The notes below the pieces were generated by a model. That model was not told the origin of the DNA. It worked only from the letters and a program-made list of their open reading frames with translations, and did not search any database. The position numbers were made by a program, and so were the translations under genes. Below, piece after piece: positions 1 to 6,020 of a stretch of 64,000 nucleotides of DNA (position 1 is the stretch's first letter; each line of letters starts with the position of its first letter). The stretch is from an uncultured virus (IMG/VR IMGVR_UViG_3300027887_000010) (taxonomy: Duplodnaviria; Heunggongvirae; Uroviricota; Caudoviricetes), in the IMG/VR virus record IMGVR_UViG_3300027887_000010; one strand, given 5' to 3'.

Positions 1-31
1 GCCGGCCATCGTGTCGGTGAGCACTCACTTC

Positions 32-73
32 CTGTATAGATAGACAGTATAAATAACCTGTACAGATAGACAG
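32..73. promoter_or_regulatory. Two LexA (SOS)-box-like operators, CTGT-N8-ACAG
   Basis: CTGTATAGATAGACAG at 32-47 and CTGTACAGATAGACAG at 58-73. A minus-strand TATACT (46-51) overlaps box 1. Confidence 0.6.
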
Positions 74-151
74 TCGGCGCAGCCTGGGAGCGGGGCCTAT
101 AAACTAGGCGACTCGGCGCAGCCTGGGAGCGGGGCCTAAAAACTAGGCAAA
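74..151. repeat. 39-bp tandem repeat, 2 copies
   Basis: tcggcgcagcctgggagcggggcctaWaaactaggc starts at 74 and at 113. Confidence 0.9.
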
Positions 152-714
152 CCAGGCGCAGGCATAGCAAGAAATAGACCAGTCACGGCGCTCACATAGT
201 AGAAGCAAAAAGCAGACCCGATATTTGCCTACTTATTAGGCAAATTGACGTTTATGTAAAAAGCATCCCCTCAGCAAAGTACCTGCCGCAGCGTGTAAGC
301 GATTTTTTTCTGCGCCTATACCAGTACATGACCAACCTGGCGATCGTGCAGCCTGCGCGATTTGTAGCAGCCTACTTATTAGGCAAACAAGTGTTTCACG
401 ACAAGCAATAAGCGGACCATGCAGCATCAAGCAAGAAGCAGACCAGATATTGGGTACTATACAGGGAGGGGGCCTGCGTAGTAGGCGCCTACATACCAGG
501 CAATGAGAAAGCAAGAAGCAGACCATGTGGGCGCCTCACAGTAGATAAAGCAACATCTAGACCAGCGAGGCGTCTGTACGGTATTGGCTATAAACAGCCT
601 ACATAATAGGCGCCCAAATAGTAGGCAATGCAGCCTGCACCGACTGCCCGTTATATAGGCGCCCACATATTAGGCACATGCGTCGCCTACATAGTAGGCG
701 CCCAATACATAGGC
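95..714. repeat. Array of 12 dyad-symmetric 15-bp motifs, consensus GCCYA-N5-TAGGC
   Basis: Copies start at 95, 134, 227, 370, 472, 487, 597, 612, 646, 661, 685 and 700. Confidence 0.85.
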
Positions 715-1163
715 ACCTGGCGCATCGCGCGGTCGCTCGATAAATAGGCAACGACGCACCGATAGTCAAAGCCTACCCCTACCTCCCCCTTGATAGTCTT
801 TAGCTATGGGGCGCGCCCACCCTAATCTCCCTATCTTGAGTCCATCCTTATAATCCCATAACTTCTATCTACTTATACTTGATGTATATTACTTCTTATA
901 GTCGATTCATGTAAATATATTAGACTGGTATGAATCTTGCTACACGGACGCGCCCATCTGGTAAGTATGCTATAGCAAAGTCTATTAACGTATAAGCACA
1001 TATACGACATCTTTGTTATACTTTCCTACTAATCCTCATATAAATTAGTAGTTGATCCTAAATTTACCCTCACATTTTATACAACAATCATGTTTCTGTA
1101 AAAATATGGAGGCTGTATTTTTCAAAGCTTTACGACTGTTAAGTTATCCTTTAAAAAAGATTA

Positions 1164-1192
1164 TTGCACACTCCTAAAAGTTACTGCATAAT
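1164..1192 (+). promoter_or_regulatory. sigma70-type promoter upstream of the structured RNA
   Basis: TTGCAC, 17-bp spacer, CATAAT; AT-rich upstream element. Confidence 0.65.
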
Positions 1193-1198
1193 GCATTC

Positions 1199-1890
1199 AA
1201 CACGAAGCCTGCACAAACACTTCCCGTAGAAGTGCGACCAGTTCTCGCTAACTCCCTAAGAGCTCTGGCATGAAATGTGGTCATTGTGCAGGACTGCCGG
1301 GTAACAGCGGCGTAAGACCATCAACATACTGTTACCGTGAACTGGAAATGGGCCTAACCCATTCGAAAAGTAAAGTTGGTGCCTAAAAGCTGGCAGAGCT
1401 CAATGTAGGTTAGAGCAAATTGGGTAGCGATGGTTAAAGCCTCAGTTGTCCAAACCAACTTTACGTTCTAAAGATATATGTACCAATAGATCTGGACCTT
1501 GGGTTGCTACCCCTCCCGGCAATTGCGGATTGGAGTTTCCTCCCCTTTTCTCCAGTCTGACCTACCAGTTTTGACCAGACTGGTGGCCAAGGTTCAGTTC
1601 TATTGGTATAAGTCTTACAGAAGGCAATATTTAAAGTCTTACAGGTCATCAGCTTCTTCAACTTTTCATAAGAAAGGAGATAAGGCTGCGGGAACAGCGG
1701 GCTGATGACCTTCCTAACGTCAAATAGAAAGCAATTATGACTTCACAATTTAAACGGATCTTGTTTCCGTTGCAAGGTCCGCGTATATTCACAAACAGCT
1801 TTTGGCCTGTTCATGTAATGTCGTCCGCTGTAAACGGTTATTCCGAGCGATTTTTTCTTGTACGTCCAGATTGGAAGAAGGTTAATCCGC
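1199..1890 (+). ncRNA. Putative large, highly structured non-coding RNA (3' end uncertain, 1710-1890)
   Basis: More than 10 complementary segment pairs of 6-21 bp, several crossing. No credible CDS. Promoter directly upstream, tRNA directly downstream. Confidence 0.65.
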
Positions 1891-1912
1891 CCTGTTAGCA
1901 TGAAGGTCGTGC
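1889..1912 (+). pseudogene. 5' remnant of a tRNA gene (acceptor strand and D-arm), Thr-like
   Basis: GCCCTGT-TA-GCAT GAAGGTC GTGC parallels the 5' end of the intact tRNA-Thr that follows. Confidence 0.55.
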
Positions 1913-1983
1913 TCTTGTAGCTTGAAGGTCGAGCAGCGGCTTTGTAATCCGCAGGTGACAGTTCGATTCTGTCCAAGAGCACC
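1911..1983 (+). tRNA. tRNA-Thr(UGU)
   Basis: Acceptor GCTCTTG/CAAGAGC, anticodon loop TT-TGT-AA, T-arm GACAG-TTCGATT-CTGTC. Confidence 0.9.
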
Positions 1984-1993
1984 GAGGAATATT

Positions 1994-2371
1994 ATGGCAA
2001 TTTGTACAGGATGCGCTAAAGAATGGGAACCTTCTCGTAATTCCAAAGGTTTATACTGTTCCGCAAAGTGCCAACAAGCTGTTAGTATTGCAGAACGGTA
2101 TGTTCGTTTCTTAAATGATGAAGAAAACGTATATAAGGGTATTCATACTCTCAAAGATGCGGTTATTCGTCGTGATGGAAATAAATGTTTTTGTTGTGGT
2201 ATTGAAGAGTGGAATGGGAAGCAGATTGTGTTTGATCTTGAACACAAAGACGGAAATCCATATAACGATAAAGGTTCTAATCTTTGTTTATTATGCCCAA
2301 ACTGCCATTCTCAGACTACAACATACAAAGGTGCTAACAAAGGATTTGGAAGAAAAGAACGCTCTGTATAA
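1994..2371 (+). CDS. HNH endonuclease with N-terminal Cys motifs
   Basis: RDGNKCFCCG...EHKDGNPYND...NL.LLCPNCH; RBS gagga before ATG 1994. Confidence 0.85.
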   Translation: MAICTGCAKEWEPSRNSKGLYCSAKCQQAVSIAERYVRFLNDEENVYKGIHTLKDAVIRRDGNKCFCCGIEEWNGKQIVFDLEHKDGNPYNDKGSNLCLLCPNCHSQTTTYKGANKGFGRKERSV

Positions 2372-2388
2372 TTCTCTCACGGGCACCA
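2371..2388 (+). pseudogene. 3' remnant of a tRNA gene (T-stem strand, acceptor strand, ACCA)
   Basis: ATT-CTCTC-ACGGGC-A-CCA at the HNH stop. Pairs with GCCCTGT (1889) with one bulge. Confidence 0.55.
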
Positions 2389-2407
2389 TTTAATAAGGGA
2401 GATTTAA

Positions 2408-2650
2408 ATGAATGATATTCAAGATCGTGTAATTGATATTTTAAGTTCCCAACTAGGTGTTTCTGTTGGAGATATTACTTTAGAAAAGAATATTACAACA
2501 GACTTAAATGCAGATAGCCTAGACATTTACGAAATTGTAATTGAGCTAGAAGAAGAATTTAAAGTTGTTATTGAAGACGATGTTATTGATACGTTAAAGA
2601 CAGTCAATGATATTGTACTTCTTGTTCAGAAGCTTTTGGGGGATAAGTGA
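2408..2650 (+). CDS. acpP: Acyl carrier protein
   Basis: 80-aa acidic protein with DL.ADSLD..EIV..LEEEF and phosphopantetheine Ser motif. Confidence 0.9.
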   Translation: MNDIQDRVIDILSSQLGVSVGDITLEKNITTDLNADSLDIYEIVIELEEEFKVVIEDDVIDTLKTVNDIVLLVQKLLGDK

Positions 2651-2877
2651 CCACTCCGGTTATTAGGTTGTGTCCTGAGCCAAACACAACAATGACACCA
2701 GCTCAAGCTTTACATTCGGTGTTGCCCGCTATTGAAGCTGGAATGCAGGATCTTCTTATTATTGGATACGATGTAGATGGTGACTTATTTATTCGTTCCA
2801 GTAAAATGACACGAGCTGAAGCATTTTTCATGGCTCACAAAGCTATGCAATGGGCAGAATCTGGGGGAATAACATGA
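2647..2877 (+). CDS. Hypothetical protein
   Basis: Overlapping stop/start coupling and RBS. Confidence 0.7.
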   Translation: MTTPVIRLCPEPNTTMTPAQALHSVLPAIEAGMQDLLIIGYDVDGDLFIRSSKMTRAEAFFMAHKAMQWAESGGIT

Positions 2878-3194
2878 AACTTACTTGGAAAGTTGATCCA
2901 CCTCCTAGTGGAAGATGGAAATCTTTTACAAAGCGTGGATGGCCTACTGCAGAATGGCCAGATGGTTCAATTGCTGCGCTAATCTATTGTGTAGATGAAT
3001 ATGTCCCTCGACTGGTGAAAAAGGGTGAACATGCCCCTTTAGTTATATGGGTATTTCAATATAATGTGCCTGGATATGAACCTAAACTTTCAAAGCGTCA
3101 TAAGCTAAAGCGTACTGTAGATACAATTCAAGAAGCAAAGGATCTTGTTAAGAAGTTCTTTGAAGAACACATAACTTGGATTCCTTTAGATTAA
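2874..3194 (+). CDS. Hypothetical protein
   Basis: ATGA overlap; RBS ggggga. Confidence 0.7.
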   Translation: MKLTWKVDPPPSGRWKSFTKRGWPTAEWPDGSIAALIYCVDEYVPRLVKKGEHAPLVIWVFQYNVPGYEPKLSKRHKLKRTVDTIQEAKDLVKKFFEEHITWIPLD

Positions 3195-3210
3195 CTTTGC
3201 GTAAGGATCA

Positions 3211-3333
3211 AGGGTGAATGCGTAGGCTGATACGCAGGTGGGCACATCTGCTATGGTTAGCAAGTGCTGCGACGGCTTTAAACCTATGAACGCGGATAAC
3301 CAAGCAAGCCGGAGATCAGCACCGGCCACCCCT
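3211..3333 (+). ncRNA. Putative tRNA-like structured RNA with a kissing-loop pseudoknot
   Basis: Closing stem GGGTG/CACCC, hairpins TGCGTA/TACGCA and GCCGG/CCGGC, complementary loop segments GCTGAT and ATCAGC. Confidence 0.6.
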
Positions 3334-3342
3334 TCAATCTCG

Positions 3343-3375
3343 GCCTGGGTGGTGAAATTGGTAGACACAAGGATT
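3343..3375 (+). pseudogene. 5' remnant of a tRNA-Leu gene
   Basis: GCCTGGG-TG-GTGAAATTGGTAGACAC-AAGGA: Leu-type D-arm, truncated at the anticodon stem. Confidence 0.8.
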
Positions 3376-3378
3376 AAC

Positions 3379-3406
3379 TTGCAAATTAGCATACAACTGT
3401 TAAAAT
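3379..3406 (+). promoter_or_regulatory. Promoter inside the tRNA-Leu/HNH insertion
   Basis: TTGCAA, 16-bp spacer, extended -10 TGt-TAAAAT. Confidence 0.55.
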
Positions 3407-3426
3407 TTTTATAAGTTAACAATTTA

Positions 3427-3509
3427 GCGGGAGTAGCCGAATGGTATAGGCATCGGACTTAAAATCCGACGACATTGTCATGTGGGTTCGAATCCCATCT
3501 CCCGCACCA
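3427..3509 (+). tRNA. tRNA-Leu(UAA)
   Basis: Acceptor GCGGGAG/CTCCCGC, anticodon arm TCGGA-CT-TAA-AA-TCCGA, long variable arm, GGTTCGAATCC, encoded CCA. Confidence 0.95.
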
Positions 3510-3516
3510 TCATTAA

Positions 3517-3975
3517 ATGAAAATATACGGGCCTTATTTAAGAAAAGATGGTAGAAAGCATGTCATCATTATTCATGATAATGGAATAAGTCAGACACGT
3601 TCTTATCCTAGATTACTTTTAGAACAAAAATTAGGTCGATCTTTAACAGATGAAGAGACTGTTGATCATATAGATGGAGACTTCACTAATGATGCTCCTG
3701 AAAATTTAAGAGCTTTGTCCAGGGTAGAAAATGCAGCGAACGGTTGGATTACTGGCAATTGTTCAGCTTTTGTAGCTACAAAAGAATTTCGTGATAAACA
3801 AAGGTTATTGCATTCTGGTTCTAAAAATGGAATGGCTAAACTTACAGATAAACAAATTTTAGATATAAGATCAAGACCTAAATATCACGGTATTATCCGC
3901 GATTTAATGTTAGAATTTAATTTATCAAGAAGAACAATTCAAAACATATTAAATCATACTTCCTATTTATTATAG
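3517..3975 (+). CDS. HNH homing endonuclease with C-terminal DNA-binding (NUMOD/HTH-like) region
   Basis: LGRSL...ETVDHIDGDFTND.PENL..L...EN; C-terminal G.KNGMAKLT..QI..IR. Confidence 0.85.
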   Translation: MKIYGPYLRKDGRKHVIIIHDNGISQTRSYPRLLLEQKLGRSLTDEETVDHIDGDFTNDAPENLRALSRVENAANGWITGNCSAFVATKEFRDKQRLLHSGSKNGMAKLTDKQILDIRSRPKYHGIIRDLMLEFNLSRRTIQNILNHTSYLL

Positions 3976-3993
3976 ATCCCGTCCCAGGCACCA
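3975..3993 (+). pseudogene. 3' remnant of the disrupted tRNA-Leu gene
   Basis: GAT-CCCGT-CCCAGGC-A-CCA. CCCAGGC pairs perfectly with GCCTGGG at 3343. Confidence 0.8.
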
Positions 3994-4021
3994 AAGTTTT
4001 AAAAATTTAAGGACATTAGTT

Positions 4022-4219
4022 ATGAACCAACGGTATTTTTCCAGAAAATTCATTCTTACATTGCTTGTCATTATTCTTGCAACACTTTTGCTATTATTTA
4101 CCTTTATTGAATCTTCTATGTGGGTCACTGTATGCCTTGCCTCACTAGCTTTCTATCAAACTGCAAACGTCAGTCAAAAATATAAGGAAACTAAAGAGGT
4201 ACTTAATGGAAATTCTTGA
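4022..4219 (+). CDS. Small two-TM membrane protein
   Basis: Two hydrophobic segments; RBS aagga. Confidence 0.65.
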   Translation: MNQRYFSRKFILTLLVIILATLLLLFTFIESSMWVTVCLASLAFYQTANVSQKYKETKEVLNGNS

Positions 4220-4382
4220 AATGATTGCAAAGTGGCGAAAAGGGTGTATATGTTCAATAGAAGGACACCCCGAAGAATGTTTATCTTGCACTATTGCTCT
4301 TATTGATGCAATTGAGAATAAAGAAAAAGCACGTCTAAATATTTCTATTGATCAAAAAGAGGAAGAACATCGTGTCTGCTAA
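4206..4382 (+). CDS. Hypothetical Cys-containing protein (58 aa, not in ORF track)
   Basis: MEILEMIAKWRKGC...; RBS gaggt; fills the gap between neighbours. Confidence 0.6.
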   Translation: MEILEMIAKWRKGCICSIEGHPEECLSCTIALIDAIENKEKARLNISIDQKEEEHRVC

Positions 4383-4656
4383 AGCAACTGGTCAGGATAC
4401 TGATTATTATGTTGTTACGATCACAGATCCAAAGCGTTTAGCACCCTATAAAGCTGAATGTGAAGATATTATTGAAGTCCTTGGAATGAATTTTGCAGAG
4501 GGTAATGCATTTAAAGCGATTTGGCGTAGTTGTGCAGCTAGGACTCTTGGGAATATAAAGCCTGGTTCTGACCAAAAAGGTGTTTACGACGCTGAAAAGG
4601 TGGAGTATTATGGGCGTCGTATGGTTGCTATCCGAAAACGTCAAGAAACATCTTAA
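4372..4656 (+). CDS. DUF3310-like protein (T7 gp1.7 nucleotide kinase-like)
   Basis: ECEDIIE..GMNFAEGNAFKAIWR...D.EK..YY pattern; GTG start after gagga. Confidence 0.6.
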   Translation: MSAKATGQDTDYYVVTITDPKRLAPYKAECEDIIEVLGMNFAEGNAFKAIWRSCAARTLGNIKPGSDQKGVYDAEKVEYYGRRMVAIRKRQETS

Positions 4657-4669
4657 TCTGGAGACTAAA

Positions 4670-5086
4670 ATGTATATCCCAAAACTTGCTTATGAAAGTT
4701 TACCTTTCACTTATATTGTGATTGGAATTGTCGGTCTTTTTTCTAGCGTAAACTTTGGGATACTTTTTGGTGTTATTTTGATCGGCATTGCATTGTACAT
4801 CCAGAGCAAAAGAAACTTCTATAGATCGATGATCAAAAATATGAAAATTACAGGGAATAAGATGAGATTATCAGTTCTTGAAGGTGATCCAAATAAAACA
4901 CAAGATGCTCATAAATACAATGTTTTTCTTGATGGTATAAAACAAACACATTGTATCATTGCAGATAGTGAAAATGGCTATGTTCTTCGTTATAAAAGAA
5001 CAGGCCTTGGTACTTTGAGCGTAGGCAGGGATGGCAAACTAAAGACAGAAGAATGCTTTGGCAATGTGGTCATTGAAAGTAAGTAA
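4670..5086 (+). CDS. Hypothetical protein with N-terminal TM segments (possible internal start at 4862)
   Basis: RBS ggag before ATG 4670; hydrophobic N-terminus. Confidence 0.6.
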   Translation: MYIPKLAYESLPFTYIVIGIVGLFSSVNFGILFGVILIGIALYIQSKRNFYRSMIKNMKITGNKMRLSVLEGDPNKTQDAHKYNVFLDGIKQTHCIIADSENGYVLRYKRTGLGTLSVGRDGKLKTEECFGNVVIESK

Positions 5087-5304
5087 TGACAATTGAATAT
5101 GCACCGATCATTAAAAAGGCACAGTTAGAGAAACACGTCGCAGAATTGCGACTCGGTGCTTCAAATCTAGCACATTCTGCTGCTTGTATTGAACGAAACG
5201 ATGAACTTGAAATTAAAATTCGTCAGGAGATTCATGCGTTACAAGATATTATCTTAGATAATGCTGCAATTATTTTTCACTGTATTGCGAAGCAAAAGGA
5301 ATAG
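5086..5304 (+). CDS. Hypothetical protein
   Basis: TAATG coupling. Confidence 0.6.
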   Translation: MTIEYAPIIKKAQLEKHVAELRLGASNLAHSAACIERNDELEIKIRQEIHALQDIILDNAAIIFHCIAKQKE

Positions 5305-5444
5305 AAGGATTATTGTACAATAATCTTCTGTGTTGTGTATAGCGAGGTTGGTAGCAGTACCTTCCTCGTTTTGTTTTGTACTACTGTAAGCGTTACCTAT
5401 AGCAAGGCGCTGGAGAATAAACTAACTTTTCTGCAATCGTCGCC

Positions 5445-5473
5445 TTGTAAAAGGGCAGTTTGTCTTTTATACT
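5445..5473 (+). promoter_or_regulatory. sigma70-type promoter for the terminase operon
   Basis: TTGTAA, 17-bp spacer, TATACT. Confidence 0.6.
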
Positions 5474-5501
5474 CTGGTCATGCTTAAATAAGGTGATCAA
5501 A

Positions 5502-6020
5502 ATGTCCGAAGGTTTTTTCTGGAAATCCAAATATGGTGATCAAGTTACTCCAGATATGACTGGACAGGAGCGTGAACTGCGTGACTTGTTTGTTCGTGAA
5601 TATTTGGTAGACTTCGATTCGAAAGCTGCTGCAATCCGTTGTGGTTTTGTTGAAAGCTATGCTGAACAATATGCTGTTCAGTTTATGGGTGAAACTTACG
5701 TTCGTAAGCGTATCACAGAATTGTCTCATTCTACGGAAGAAAAGGATGATGCTGAAAAAGAGGCTGAAACCCGCCAACGAATTCTCACATCGCTATTTAG
5801 GGAGGCTAATTACAGGGGTCCTGGTTCTAGCCACGGCGCTCGTATTGCTGCTCTTTCCAAGCTGGCCTCGTTACATGGGATGGATGTACCGACCAAAGTC
5901 GAGCAGACCATTAATCACAAGGGTGGTGTGATGACTATCCCGGCAGTTGGATCTTTAGCTGAATGGGAAGAACAAGCAATGGCTAGTCAAGAAAAGCTGG
6001 TGTCTGAGGCGGAATCTTGA
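5502..6020 (+). CDS. terS: Terminase small subunit
   Basis: FVREYLVDFD.KAAAIRCG HTH motif; directly upstream of TerL. Confidence 0.85.
   Translation: MSEGFFWKSKYGDQVTPDMTGQERELRDLFVREYLVDFDSKAAAIRCGFVESYAEQYAVQFMGETYVRKRITELSHSTEEKDDAEKEAETRQRILTSLFREANYRGPGSSHGARIAALSKLASLHGMDVPTKVEQTINHKGGVMTIPAVGSLAEWEEQAMASQEKLVSEAES

Noticed and set aside
236..666. Minus-strand ORFs 236-526 and 457-666
   Set aside because: They run through the motif arrays, have no RBS and show atypical composition.
74..714. CRISPR array, suggested by the repeats and the Cas4-like gene
   Set aside because: Repeats are 15-bp degenerate motifs with irregular spacing, not repeat-spacer units. The Cas4-like gene sits in a replication/recombination context with no cas operon.
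1701..1745. Hammerhead ribozyme (CTGATGA...GAAA)
   Set aside because: No stem II between the motifs, and CTGATGA lies within the 1644-1653/1701-1710 helix.
1461..1982. ORFs 1461-1661, 1499-1705 and 1743-1982, and the TTG start at 1922
   Set aside because: They overlap the structured RNA or the tRNA-Thr. The HNH start at 1994 has an RBS.
3343..3993. Group I intron in tRNA-Leu(UAA), or integrase-type att duplication
   Set aside because: The resident anticodon loop and variable arm are missing, so splicing could not restore it. The insert is filled by promoter, tRNA and ORF. The new tRNA is not a duplicate of the flanks, and no integrase is present.
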